A DNA stretch of 64,000 nt from contig JADGOY010000002.1 of assembly GCA_017882715.1 (NCBI GenBank), positions 10,682 through 74,681 of the forward strand. Direction: 5' to 3'. The notes under the pieces are model-generated. The model made no database searches and was not told where the DNA came from. It saw only the letters and a list, made by a program, of their open reading frames with translations. The stretch is from Nakamurella sp. GTDB taxonomy: Bacteria > Actinomycetota > Actinomycetes > Mycobacteriales > Nakamurellaceae. Position numbers and translations under genes: made by a program. Shown here in pieces: positions 20,158 through 30,259 of this stretch; position 1 is the stretch's first letter; each line of letters opens with the position of its first letter.

Positions 20158-22056
20158 ATGTCCGACTCCTCAGCCCCCTTCACGGGAAGCGTCGCGTCCC
20201 AGGCGACCACCGCGGGGACGTACCCGCAGCGCTGGAAGGCGCTTGCCGTCCTGGTGGTGGGCCTGCTCGTCGTCATCCTGGACAACACGATCCTCAACGT
20301 GGCCCTCAAGACGATTCAGGAAGACCTCGGCGCGAGCCAGAACGAGCTGGTCTGGGCGATCAACGCCTACTCGCTCGCCTTCGCCGCCCTGCTGTTCACC
20401 TGGGGGGTGATGGGCGACCGGTTCGGCCGCAAGCGCATCCTGCTGATCGGTCTCGGGCTGTTCGGCGCGGCGTCCGCGTTGTGCGCCTTTGCCACCAGTC
20501 CAGGAGAGCTGATCGCGTTCCGGGCGCTGATGGGCGTCGGCGGTGCCTCGGTGATGCCGATCTCGCTGTCCATCATCACGGTGATCTTCCCGCCGCAGGA
20601 GCGCGGGAAGGCGATCGGCGTGTGGGCCGCCGCCGTCGGTGGTGCCGTCGCGCTGGGGCCGGTCCTGGGTGGTCTGCTCCTGGAACACCCGAATTGGTTC
20701 CAGTGGCTCACCGGTAACGACTGGGGTTCGGTCTTCTTCATCAACGTGCCGATCGTGATCATCGGCGGCATTGGCATCTTCTTCCTGGTGCCCGAGACGA
20801 AGAACCCGCGCCCGGGCAAGCTCGATCCACTGGGCCTGGTGCTGTCCGTGGTGGGACTCTTCGCCGTTGTGTACGGCATCCAGAACGCCTCAGCCGACGG
20901 CTGGGCCGCCCCCTCCACCTGGGGTTACATCATCCTGGGCCTCATCGTGCTGCTCGTGTTCGGGATGTACGAGCTGAAGAGCACGCATCCCTCGATCGAC
21001 CTGTCCCTGTTCCGGATCCGATCGTTTTCGGTACCGCTGACCGGTGTCTCGCTGGCCTTCGCGGCGATGCAGGGCACGTTGCTGTTCCTGACGTTCTATT
21101 ACCAGATCGTGCGCGGTTGGTCGCCGCTGCAGGCTGGTCTGCTGGTCCTCCCGTTTGCCGTCGGTCAACTCCTCGGCGCGCCGCGCAGCGCGCAGATGGT
21201 GCACCGCTTCGGAGCTCGCAAGGTGATCCCCGCTGGTCTGGTGTTCGCCCTCGGCGGCATGCTGTGCTTCGCGTTCGTCACGCCCGCCACCCCGGTGTGG
21301 TTCCTCATCGTTGTCGGCGTGGTCTTCGGGTTCGGGCTCGGTAACACGATCGCGCCTTCCACCACACGGATGACGCTGGCCACCCCACCCGAGCGATCGG
21401 GGTCCGGATCGGCCGTACAGAACACCGTTCGCCAGGTCGGAGCGGTCTTCGGAGTTGCCATCCTGTCCTCGGTGGTGGGCACCGTCTACAGCAACAACAT
21501 GAGCCCGCTGCTGGAGGGCAAAGGACTGCCGCCAGACGCGCTTGCCGCCGCCGCGGACTCCATCGGCGGCACGAATGAGGTTGCGGATGCTCTGGCTGCG
21601 ACCGGCAAGGTGCCGGCCCAGGTCATCGACCAACTCCGGCAGGCGGCCACCGATTCGTTCATGCCCGCGCTGCACACCGCCGCCTTCGTGTCGGCGGGTT
21701 TGTTGATCGTGGCGATCTTGGTCATCGTGCTGTGGCTGCCGGCGAAGGCCGAGGCCGTGGCGTGGGCGGGTTCGCATCCCGGAAAGGATTCGTCGACTTC
21801 CGACGACGGCGATGCAGAAAGCCGGGTGCACATCGTCGGCGAGGCAGGCGACGACCTCGAGCACGTCGAGAGCGCTCCCCTGGAACACTCCCCGACCGGC
21901 CGGCACCACGCTCAGGAGGACGGGCACCATGCCCGACATGACGGCGCCGTCGCCGTGATCGATGCGCCCGTCGAGCACACGGGGGCGGGCAGGCACGCCG
22001 CTCCGGACGGCGAGGCCGTTGCCGCGGGTGGTCCACAACGAGCGCGCCGGCCGTGA
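20158..22056 (+). CDS. DHA2 family (EmrB/QacA) MFS efflux transporter
   Basis: LDNTILNVAL, GDRFGRKR, FFINVPI; ~14 TM; hydrophilic His-rich tail. Confidence 0.92.
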   Translation: MSDSSAPFTGSVASQATTAGTYPQRWKALAVLVVGLLVVILDNTILNVALKTIQEDLGASQNELVWAINAYSLAFAALLFTWGVMGDRFGRKRILLIGLGLFGAASALCAFATSPGELIAFRALMGVGGASVMPISLSIITVIFPPQERGKAIGVWAAAVGGAVALGPVLGGLLLEHPNWFQWLTGNDWGSVFFINVPIVIIGGIGIFFLVPETKNPRPGKLDPLGLVLSVVGLFAVVYGIQNASADGWAAPSTWGYIILGLIVLLVFGMYELKSTHPSIDLSLFRIRSFSVPLTGVSLAFAAMQGTLLFLTFYYQIVRGWSPLQAGLLVLPFAVGQLLGAPRSAQMVHRFGARKVIPAGLVFALGGMLCFAFVTPATPVWFLIVVGVVFGFGLGNTIAPSTTRMTLATPPERSGSGSAVQNTVRQVGAVFGVAILSSVVGTVYSNNMSPLLEGKGLPPDALAAAADSIGGTNEVADALAATGKVPAQVIDQLRQAATDSFMPALHTAAFVSAGLLIVAILVIVLWLPAKAEAVAWAGSHPGKDSSTSDDGDAESRVHIVGEAGDDLEHVESAPLEHSPTGRHHAQEDGHHARHDGAVAVIDAPVEHTGAGRHAAPDGEAVAAGGPQRARRP

Positions 22057-22772
22057 CCGCTGTCGAGCCGGTGAGCTGCCAGAGCCGGCGACCCGGCCGT
22101 CCCAGGCAACCCCGAACCGACCGGGCGATCATCGACGCGGCCCTGGAATTGTTCGCCGACGAGGGCTATTACGCCCTGTCGATGGAAGCCGTTGCCGTCC
22201 GGGCGGGAGTCAGCAAGGCCACCATCTACCGGCGCTGGACGGGCAAACGTGAACTCGTCATCGACGCGCTCGCCACGCTCAACGACGATTTCCCGCAGGA
22301 GTCGGATCCCTTGCCGACCGGAAGCACCCGGCAACGGTTGCTGCTGTGCCTGCGGCACATGGCGAACAGGGACGCCGACTCGCTGGCGGGCCGCATCATG
22401 CCGCGGATGTTGATCTACAGCGTCAGCCAGCCCGATCTCTACGCGGAGTACTTCGATCGCGTGATCATGCCTCGCCGTCGGTGGCTGCACTTCGTGCTGC
22501 GCGACGGCGTCGAGCGAGGCGAACTACGGACCGGCCTGGACGTCGAGTTGGTCACTCTGGCCCTCGTCGGGCCGGTGCTGCTGCAGGTCCACAGCATGGG
22601 CCGCCGGCAGCCCTACCCCGACCTGGCCGAGCAGCTGCTGGATTTGCTGTGGCCGGGGTTGATCGCCCAGCCTGACGCCGACCTGCCTGACGGTGCCCCG
22701 AACAACGGACAGTCGGCAGTCCGAAACGCGGATCACGACGGCGGACGGCGACGTCTCGGGACCGCCATGTAA
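22053..22772 (+). CDS. TetR/AcrR family transcriptional regulator
   Basis: GRPR..., SMEAVAVRAGVSKATIYRRW HTH; overlaps MFS stop. Confidence 0.92.
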   Translation: MTAVEPVSCQSRRPGRPRQPRTDRAIIDAALELFADEGYYALSMEAVAVRAGVSKATIYRRWTGKRELVIDALATLNDDFPQESDPLPTGSTRQRLLLCLRHMANRDADSLAGRIMPRMLIYSVSQPDLYAEYFDRVIMPRRRWLHFVLRDGVERGELRTGLDVELVTLALVGPVLLQVHSMGRRQPYPDLAEQLLDLLWPGLIAQPDADLPDGAPNNGQSAVRNADHDGGRRRLGTAM

Positions 22773-22810
22773 CGCGCTGAAGCACCGAGCCGAGCCTGCC
22801 CGCAGCGGAC

Positions 22811-23677
22811 TCAGTGCTGGGTCAGCTCCCGCATCCCCGCGGCCAGCGCCCGCAGCTGATCGGTGGGGTTCTGCAACTCTCCGTGCGTCATCGTCGGCGT
22901 TCCGAGCTGTCCGGCCGAGGTCGCCGGGCTGTTCATTCCGCTGAGATCAGCCAGCGCCCGCGAAGCGGCCACCGCCTCACTGGCAGCGGACACCAGCCCG
23001 CCGTAGCCGTCCACGCCGTCATGGATCTGCCGGCGCAGCACGTTCACGGTCGCGTCGAGTCCGGCCGCGGCCTCCGTGGGCGCCGAGCGCCGCGCCCTGA
23101 TCACGCCGGTCAGATCCTGGGCCTGACGGCGCAGCCGAGCCTCGGTTGCGTCCGCGGCGACCAGGATCTCGTCGCGCAGCCGACGGACGTCCGCGTCGTC
23201 GTCCACGATCCCGATCATTCCGACCAGTTGCCGCAGACCGTCGGAATACCCGTCCAATCGGTCGATCTCCGGCCGGATCATCCCCGCCACCGCCGGGCGC
23301 GCCGGTTGCGGCGCAGGCAGGGCATTCAGTGCTCGGGTGCGAGCCCGCAGGTCCACACCGGCCCGGACGATTCCGACGATGCACCAGACCAGCACCGCGA
23401 CCAGGAGCACCATCGCGCCGATCGCACCGGAAGACCAGCCCTTCTCCCCGGCGACACTGGCCACGCCGGTGGCGGTGACCGCGCCGGTGACGACCGCGCC
23501 CGCGGACCACACCTGCACCCGACGCCGGGCCGCGCGCCGTCGCTTTCTCGCCTGCACCGCCGGATCGCGACGGACGCGGATCATTTCCGCGGCGGCCGCA
23601 CTCAACTGCCCGGCCAGGTCAACTCCGTGCCCGACCGCGGAAGTCGTCATCATCGCTCGCCCCGCGGCCTTACGCAT
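22811..23677 (-). CDS. pspM: PspM-like (Rv2743c-like) envelope stress membrane protein
   Basis: DP....RKRRRAARR, two TM helices, C-terminal ..GVDGY..LVSAA...D.L.ALA.G..EL; coupled to pspA. Confidence 0.7.
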   Translation of the reverse strand: MRKAAGRAMMTTSAVGHGVDLAGQLSAAAAEMIRVRRDPAVQARKRRRAARRRVQVWSAGAVVTGAVTATGVASVAGEKGWSSGAIGAMVLLVAVLVWCIVGIVRAGVDLRARTRALNALPAPQPARPAVAGMIRPEIDRLDGYSDGLRQLVGMIGIVDDDADVRRLRDEILVAADATEARLRRQAQDLTGVIRARRSAPTEAAAGLDATVNVLRRQIHDGVDGYGGLVSAASEAVAASRALADLSGMNSPATSAGQLGTPTMTHGELQNPTDQLRALAAGMRELTQH

Positions 23678-24510
23678 CAGGTCTGCTGGTTCGGTAGCGG
23701 CGCAGGTTGCGCCACGGGCGTGGTCGGGAGCGAGGTGGTTCCGGTGCCAGTCGCGGCGTCGATGGAGCGCGGTTGTTGCGCAGCGAGCTCAGGATGCAGC
23801 TGCGCACGAAGCTGGTCGAGCCGCGACGCGCCGGCCATGTCCAGGGTCGACTTCTGCACCTCGAGCATCCGTCCCTCGACGGAGCTGGTGTGCAGCTCGG
23901 CCGCGCCAAGGGCGTTCGCGTAGCGCCGTTCGATCTTGTCCCGCACCTCGTCCAGCGACGGGGTGTTCCCGGGTGCCTGGAGCTGAGACATGGACTGCAA
24001 CGACGCAGAGACCTGCTCCTGCATTTTCGCCTGCTCGAGCTGGGAGAGCAGCTTGGTGCGCTCGGCCAGCTTCGTCTGCAGCTGCATGGCGTTGTTCTCG
24101 ACGGCCTTCTTCGCCTGCTCGGCGGCCTGCAGGGCCTGGTCGTGCATGCCCTTGAGGTCCTCCATCTGCTGTTCCGCGGCCACCAACTGGGTCGCGAACG
24201 CCTGGGCGGTCTGCTCGTACTTTGCCGCCTCCGTCGCATTGCCCCTTGCGCGTTGCTCGTCGGAGAGCACCAGAGCCTGGCGGGCCGAGGACTGCAGCCG
24301 CTCGACATCCCCCATCTGCCGGGTGAGCTTCATCTCCAGCTGACGCTGATTGCCGATGACGGCAGCGGCCTGTTGGGAGAGCGCGGCGTGCTGGCGCTGT
24401 GCGTCCTCGATCGCCTGCTGGATCTGCACCTTGGGATCGGCGTACTCGTCGACCTTCGAAGAGAACAACGCCATCAGGTACTTCCAGGCCTTCGTAAACG
24501 GGTTGGCCAT
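23677..24510 (-). CDS. pspA: PspA/IM30 family protein (Rv2744c 35-kDa antigen-like)
   Basis: [35 protein letters not shown]...[15 protein letters not shown]. Confidence 0.93.
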   Translation of the reverse strand: MANPFTKAWKYLMALFSSKVDEYADPKVQIQQAIEDAQRQHAALSQQAAAVIGNQRQLEMKLTRQMGDVERLQSSARQALVLSDEQRARGNATEAAKYEQTAQAFATQLVAAEQQMEDLKGMHDQALQAAEQAKKAVENNAMQLQTKLAERTKLLSQLEQAKMQEQVSASLQSMSQLQAPGNTPSLDEVRDKIERRYANALGAAELHTSSVEGRMLEVQKSTLDMAGASRLDQLRAQLHPELAAQQPRSIDAATGTGTTSLPTTPVAQPAPLPNQQT

Positions 24511-24981
24511 GAGTCTCGAGTCCTCTCGCCTGTCAACAGCTGCGGCATCCCTCGGCGGCCGCGGTTTCCCTATCGTTCCAGGTGATCGGGCCAGCTTCCA
24601 CCCGGTCCCCCTGAGTTCCGGAGGATTTCCGGGACGAACCCGGCCCATTCGTAGGCGCGATTGCGGGTTCACCCTGATTGTGCGCCGTCCGGCGCGCAAA
24701 TGGGCGGTTGACAAGATCGTCCCCGGCTGGACCGTCGAACGCGGCCCACGCCCGATGAACGATTGCGCCGACCGGGTTGCAGTGACGTGCATGCGCGGCC
24801 GTTGTGGCACAGGCCGTCACAGTCTTGGCGGCCTTCGATCAGCGACGTCGAGCAACGGAACCGCGCGACGCCCGGCTCACAGAGAGCACTGACCTCTCGG
24901 TATCAAGGGATCAAACGCTGAGTATCAATGGGTCAGCATCTATGACCCGGTACCAACAATTCGGCACGATCAGGAGGATCC

Positions 24982-26121
24982 ATGGCGCGCCACACCTCCG
25001 ATGGTGGTCGGCGTGGCATCGCGACGTGGGTGATCGTCACGGCTGTGGCCGTGCTGGTGATCGCCGGCGGGACTGTGGCCTACCTGGTGATCGTCAACGG
25101 CTCGGACAACAAGGCGAACGCGGCGTGCACCGGGCAGATCGTGCTGCCGATCACCACTTCGGTGGGCTCCACACCTGCGATCCGTTCCGCGGCCGAGGGT
25201 TTCGTCGCCACCGCGCCGTCGGCCAGGTCCACCTGCGTGACCACCGAGGTCACCGAAATGCAAGGTGGGCAGGCCGAACAGGCGCTCGCAACGGGCTGGC
25301 AGGCGGGACCGGGTCCGGCACCGAGCGTCTGGGTGCCGACCTCCGAGGCCGACCTCAGCGCGCTGGAAACCACCGACTCGGCCATGACGGCCGGGCGCGA
25401 TCCCGACCCGATGGCCAGCTCCCCCGTCGTCCTCGCGATGCGCGCCCAGGACACACTGGCGTTGTCGACACTGAGCTGGACGTCGCTGCCCGCGGCCGCA
25501 GGACCTGCCGGAACGACCCTGCCGGCGGGCGGCGATCAAGTCATCATCGCGCTGCCCGGGCCGGTTGCGAACCGAGCGACGAGCTACGCGCTGCAGTCGA
25601 TCGTCGGCGGCGGCGCTGTTGCGGTCGACCCGGCGGCGGTCGCCGCGGCATCCGCTGAGCTCGACGGCCTGGCGAAGGCCGCACCGGCGGTACAGCCGGC
25701 GACCACCTCCGATGCGTTGACGCAGCTGGCAGGGGGGCAGGGTGGCTTCACGGCGGTCCCCGTGGTGGAGTCCGAGCTGATCGCGTTCCTCGCTGCGAAC
25801 CCCGACGCCGACCTGACGGCCGTGCATCCATCGGGCCCCACGGTCGGTGACGAACTGTACGGCGTTCCGCTGACCGCCCAGTGGATCACACCAACGTTGC
25901 GGGAAGCGTCCGCCGCCTTTCTTGCCTATCTGCGCAGCCCTGCTGGCCAACAGTTTCTGGTCGACGGCGGCCTGCGGGTCACCGGCAGCACCGGCACTGC
26001 GTCGATCACATCGCCGTCCGACGCCCATGACGTCGCGAACCAGGTCCAAGAGCTGCCGGACGGCGGGCCCGCCGTAGCCACAGCGTTGGCCCAGGCCATC
26101 GGCGCCGGCCCGGCCGGATGA
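24982..26121 (+). CDS. Membrane-anchored extracellular solute-binding-domain protein
   Basis: AGGAGG RBS; MARH start, TM helix, C...CV..EV, PSVWVP, ASSPVVLA, AAAFLAYL..P.GQ..L...GLR. Confidence 0.75.
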   Translation: MARHTSDGGRRGIATWVIVTAVAVLVIAGGTVAYLVIVNGSDNKANAACTGQIVLPITTSVGSTPAIRSAAEGFVATAPSARSTCVTTEVTEMQGGQAEQALATGWQAGPGPAPSVWVPTSEADLSALETTDSAMTAGRDPDPMASSPVVLAMRAQDTLALSTLSWTSLPAAAGPAGTTLPAGGDQVIIALPGPVANRATSYALQSIVGGGAVAVDPAAVAAASAELDGLAKAAPAVQPATTSDALTQLAGGQGGFTAVPVVESELIAFLAANPDADLTAVHPSGPTVGDELYGVPLTAQWITPTLREASAAFLAYLRSPAGQQFLVDGGLRVTGSTGTASITSPSDAHDVANQVQELPDGGPAVATALAQAIGAGPAG

Positions 26122-26760
26122 TTCCCCGCAGGCATCGACCAGCTGCGCGGCGACCGCTCCGCGGACCATCGCCGTTGCGAACTCCTGGATCCGATGCGGC
26201 TCCAGACACGAGATGGGCCAGGCATTCTCGTCGGATTGTCGACAGAGTCCGAACGGAGCCGGCGCCGGCCCGTCGGCCAGCGACCTGACGTACGAACCGT
26301 CGTACTGCTGCGCCCGGGGGAAATGATCGCTCAGGCCGCCCACCGTGACGACGGTTCGTCCGACGACGGGGCGCTCAGGAACGTCAGGAACCGCTGGCCG
26401 GTGGCTGGCGTCCAGAACCGTCAACGGAGACGTCGCGAACCTTGAAGATCGCGTTGGATCGGAACTGGGACGCTACCTCGCTGCACCACTCGCCGTCGGA
26501 TGTCAGATCGCCCGCAGTTGCTGCCGAGATAGCTGCGGAACCAGCGGCATGGGCAGGAGCGGCAGAAGCCGGAGACGTAGAGGTAGAGGTAGAGGTACCG
26601 GAGACGTAGAGGTAGAGGTAGAGGTAGAGGTAGAGGTAGAGGGAAAAGGTCAGGGGCCGTAGCAGGTCGGGACTGCCGATTTTGCCGAGGTGGCCGGTGG
26701 CGCCGGGACGGTGAGCGATCGGAACACGACGATGTCACCCACGTGCGGGCGCGAGCGGTC
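26122..26760 (-). pseudogene. Decayed septum-formation-domain paralog (copy C)
   Basis: Fragments in shifting frames: PTCYGP / STST..GEWCSEVASQF / WTPATGQRF...RWAA* / YDGSYVRSLADGPAPAPFGLC...ISCLEPHRIQEF, collinear with the 27298-28272 protein. Confidence 0.6.
26569..26642. repeat. (GTAGAG)n hexamer microsatellite inside a duplicated CCGGAGAC(GTAGAG)n unit
   Basis: CCGGAGAC(GTAGAG)3GTA followed by CCGGAGAC(GTAGAG)6. Confidence 0.9.
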
Positions 26761-26789
26761 CGAGAACACCACGTCGGTTTCGCCGGCGG

Positions 26790-27301
26790 CGCGGCGTCCG
26801 CGCGTCACGACCGTTCCTCCAGGTCGGTCACACCCGGCACCGACCGGTCCTCGACCTGTGGCGACGGCCAGCAGTTCCGCGGGATGCGGCTGAGCGCAGT
26901 CAAGCAGTGTGGTGGCCTTGTCGAGATCTGTTCCGTCCCAACACAATCCGCATTCTTGGGAAGGCGTCCGGAGGTGAATGCGTGGGCCAGGGTGCCCTGG
27001 TCACCGGCGATCTCGGTGTGACCAGACATCCCGTCCAGCTCGCGCCCGCCGCCGTTCCTCGTCGCCGTGCACCAGCCGGTGGACGGTGAGTTGCGGGGCG
27101 CGAGGTGAGAAACGCCGGGAACCCGCAGCCGGCCACCCGGCGTCCGCCGAGACCGGGCGACACCATCGCGACCACGAGGACCGCGACCAGTACGCCGACC
27201 CCGGCGAGCCTCCTGTCTCGAGGCCGCGATCGCGATCGTGGCCTCGACTGGTCGGCGACGATGGCAGACCGGTCGGACCCGACTCGGGGATCTCCCATCA
27301 T
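26790..27301 (-). pseudogene. Decayed septum-formation-domain paralog (copy B)
   Basis: DRRLAGVGVLVAVLVVAMVSPGLGGRRVAG matches the N-terminus of the 27298-28272 protein; GTLAHAFTSGRLP / CWDGTD...LDCAQPHPAELL in other frames; middle deleted. Confidence 0.7.
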
Positions 27302-28272
27302 CGCTCGAACGGGACGGGCCGATCCCCCAGACCGACCAGGCTGCCGACCAGCCGCCGATCTGCGCCGGTCGTCAGGAAGCAGGTGACGTCCACGGCAGGC
27401 TCCATCCGGAGGCGATCGGCAAGCTCGTCCGGATTCACCGCCACCGTCAGTGCCCCACCGGCAGTCGGGTCATCCCGACCGACGAAGAGTGTCGCGAGCT
27501 GACGGCAGGAGGACGTGATGTCCGCAGCGGTCACCTTGGTCGTGTCGGCCACGGTACCGAGGGACATCAGCTCGGACCGGTGCGGCTGCCCGCAGTCCAC
27601 GGCCGTCATCGACGGGCTGACATCCGGTTGGAGCCAGCAGACACCGAACCTGTCGGGCAGCGAGCCACCGGAGAACGCGCCGGCCACGCTGCCGGTGTAA
27701 AGAACCGGCTGCCTGGGCGTCAGTACGCACGCCAGCCAGGTCCCACCCGCGGCGCGGTGCAGCCCGTCGGGCTGGACCCAGAAATGACGGCCGTTCAGGG
27801 TCGGATCCCAGCGCACGGGGTTCGCCTCGCCGCCGCCGCGATCTGGGAACGTTCTCGTGACGTCGATCAGACCGGCGTACGTCAGGACCGCGGCGCGGCA
27901 TCGAACATCGGACTGGGCCGCGGCGGCTCGCCTGGCTGAGGCGTCCCCAGCCACCTGCACCACGTCCACCACTTCACCCGCGACCGCACCGTTGCAGGGA
28001 CCGAAGGCGGCGGTCGACGCGGACTGATACGGGTTGGTCGGCACAATGTCCGCCGGCCGGTAGTCGGAGAGGTCACCTGACGTTCCGTCGGGCAGGAAAT
28101 CATCGGCCTCGGCAGGCAACGGGTACAACAGGCAGGTTCCGAGCTTCGGCGGGTCCGGCAAGACGGCGGGTGACCCCACCCCGGCCACCCGCCGTCCGGT
28201 GATCAGCGGAAGGACGATGGCAGCGCTCAACACGACCATCACCAACAGCGCTCCGACGAGCCGCCGGTCCAT
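27298..28272 (-). CDS. Membrane-anchored Cys-rich septum-formation-domain protein (copy A)
   Basis: N-terminal TM, then two modules with GxC / C..PH..E / C.....(Y/F).G / C....L.GS pattern. Confidence 0.7.
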   Translation of the reverse strand: MDRRLVGALLVMVVLSAAIVLPLITGRRVAGVGSPAVLPDPPKLGTCLLYPLPAEADDFLPDGTSGDLSDYRPADIVPTNPYQSASTAAFGPCNGAVAGEVVDVVQVAGDASARRAAAAQSDVRCRAAVLTYAGLIDVTRTFPDRGGGEANPVRWDPTLNGRHFWVQPDGLHRAAGGTWLACVLTPRQPVLYTGSVAGAFSGGSLPDRFGVCWLQPDVSPSMTAVDCGQPHRSELMSLGTVADTTKVTAADITSSCRQLATLFVGRDDPTAGGALTVAVNPDELADRLRMEPAVDVTCFLTTGADRRLVGSLVGLGDRPVPFER

Positions 28273-28406
28273 CTGTCGACGGTAGTCCCCTGATGGCGCA
28301 TCTTACTTCTTTGTGCGTTGCCCCTTTATGCGTTGCCCCGGCGAACACCCCGCCGCCGTCACCGCGGGACTACCGCAAACCATTGCTGCTGTGCCTACTG
28401 TCGTCC

Positions 28407-30188
28407 ATGACCGTTGACGACCAGACGACCGCAGGACGGCTCGTCGCCGTGAGCGTCGGTTTGCCGCAGGACGTGCCGTGGCGCGGACGCACGGTTCACA
28501 CAGGGGTGTGGAAACACCCTGTCGACGGTCCGCAGCTGGTGCGAACTCTCAACATCGACGGAGACGCGCAGGGGGACCTGTCCGGCCACGGCGGCCCACA
28601 TCGCGCGGTGCTGGTCTACCAGCTCGGCTCGTACGACCACTGGCGCGATCACCTCGGACGTGACGACCTCAGCTATGGCCAGTTCGGTGAGAACTTCACG
28701 GTCGACGGGCTGGCCGACGACGCCGTGTGCATCGGCGACCGGTACCGGATCGGCGGCGCGTTGTTCGAGGTGAGCCAGCCGCGGGTCACCTGTTACCGCG
28801 TCGGAATGCGGCTCGGCGAGCCTCGACTGCCCGCACTCCTGGTGGCCCATCGGCGGCCAGGGTTCTACCTGCGGGTGCTGCGCGCGGGCGTCGTCCGGGC
28901 CGGCGATCCGATCGTCAGGGTTCAGCAAGGCCCGGAGCGGATGTCCGTCGCCGACATCGATGCGTTGCTGTACCTGCCCGGGCACGACCGGGAAGAGGTG
29001 GCTCGGGCGCTGCGCATCCCCGCCCTCAGCCCGGGGTGGCAGGGATCGTTCGAGGCCATGCTCGCGGCGGCAGAAGGAGGGACCGGCAACGTCGGGCTCA
29101 CCGACAGCGCCGCATCGCCTTCGGTCGCCTGGCCCGGGTTCCGACCTGTGGAGGTGGTGGACGTCGTCCGGGAGAGCGACTCCGTTGTCTCGCTGCGGCT
29201 CGCACCCGCCGATCGCCGGCCTCTCCCGCCGGCCCTACCAGGCCAGTTCGTCGCCATCCGCCTGATGGTGGGCGACGCTCAGCGAGCCACGTCACGCAGC
29301 TACTCACTGTCCGGCCCGCCGGGGTCGGACGACTACCGAGTGAGCGTCAAGCTTGAATCGCACGGCGTGGTCAGCCAGTTCATCCACTCCGGTCTGCGGG
29401 TTGGCTCGGCCCTGGAACTGGCTGCGCCGCGCGGGCGGTTCACGCTGAAGGCCGGTGACGACCCCGTGCTCCTGCTGTCCGCAGGGATCGGCGCGACCCC
29501 GGTGCTGTCCATGCTCCACGCGCTGGCCGGCGCCCGATCCGCCCGTGAGGTCTGGTGGCTGCACGGCGCTCGCAACAGCCGGGAGCATCCCTTTGCCGCG
29601 GAAGCCGGCGACCTGCTCGCCCAGTTGCCGAACGCGAAGACCGAGATCTGTTACAGCGCACCGCTGCCGTTCGATGTCGTCGGACGCGACTACGGACATC
29701 TCGGCCGGTTGACCGGCCGCGTGCTGAGCACCCTTCCGATTCCGCGGGATGCGCGTGCCTACATCTGCGGGCCGGCGAGATTCATGGACGACATTCGAAG
29801 TGCCCTCGTCGACCTCGGGCTGGACCCGACTGTGATCTTCACCGAGGTGTTCGGCGCGGGCCCCGCGATCACTCCGGGGATCGCTGCCGGGCCGGTCGTC
29901 CCTGTCCACCAGCCCGCCGGCGATCCAGGTGCCGGCCCCGACATCACCTTCGCGCGCAGCGGTCTCACCGTGCCGTGGCGCGATGACGTCGGCAGCCTGC
30001 TCGAATTGGCCGAGGCATGCGATGTGCCGTCACGCTGGTCCTGCCGCACCGGGATCTGCCACACCTGCGAGGCCGGGCTACTGGCCGGCACAGTCAGCTA
30101 CGACCCACCGCTCATCGACCCTCCGGCCGACGGCAACGTCCTGGTGTGCTGCGCAAGACCCGCAGAAGACGTCGTCGTTGACCTGTGA
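28407..30188 (+). CDS. MOSC + FAD/NAD-binding oxidoreductase + 2Fe-2S ferredoxin fusion
   Basis: GQFGENFT, SQPRVTC (MOSC); RSYSLS, AGIGATP, YICGP (FNR); SCRTGICHTC...CC (2Fe-2S). Confidence 0.9.
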   Translation: MTVDDQTTAGRLVAVSVGLPQDVPWRGRTVHTGVWKHPVDGPQLVRTLNIDGDAQGDLSGHGGPHRAVLVYQLGSYDHWRDHLGRDDLSYGQFGENFTVDGLADDAVCIGDRYRIGGALFEVSQPRVTCYRVGMRLGEPRLPALLVAHRRPGFYLRVLRAGVVRAGDPIVRVQQGPERMSVADIDALLYLPGHDREEVARALRIPALSPGWQGSFEAMLAAAEGGTGNVGLTDSAASPSVAWPGFRPVEVVDVVRESDSVVSLRLAPADRRPLPPALPGQFVAIRLMVGDAQRATSRSYSLSGPPGSDDYRVSVKLESHGVVSQFIHSGLRVGSALELAAPRGRFTLKAGDDPVLLLSAGIGATPVLSMLHALAGARSAREVWWLHGARNSREHPFAAEAGDLLAQLPNAKTEICYSAPLPFDVVGRDYGHLGRLTGRVLSTLPIPRDARAYICGPARFMDDIRSALVDLGLDPTVIFTEVFGAGPAITPGIAAGPVVPVHQPAGDPGAGPDITFARSGLTVPWRDDVGSLLELAEACDVPSRWSCRTGICHTCEAGLLAGTVSYDPPLIDPPADGNVLVCCARPAEDVVVDL

Positions 30189-30259
30189 CGCGGGCGCAGC
30201 GGGTTGAGATGGTCTCCTCCCGCTCTCGCACGCAGTCGGTGTCGCAACCCTCGCTCGGG

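Noticed and set aside
24520-24970. ClgR or SigE sites upstream of pspA
   Set aside because: Only loose matches with wrong spacing (CGC-N4-ACG; GGAAC without a properly spaced GTT)
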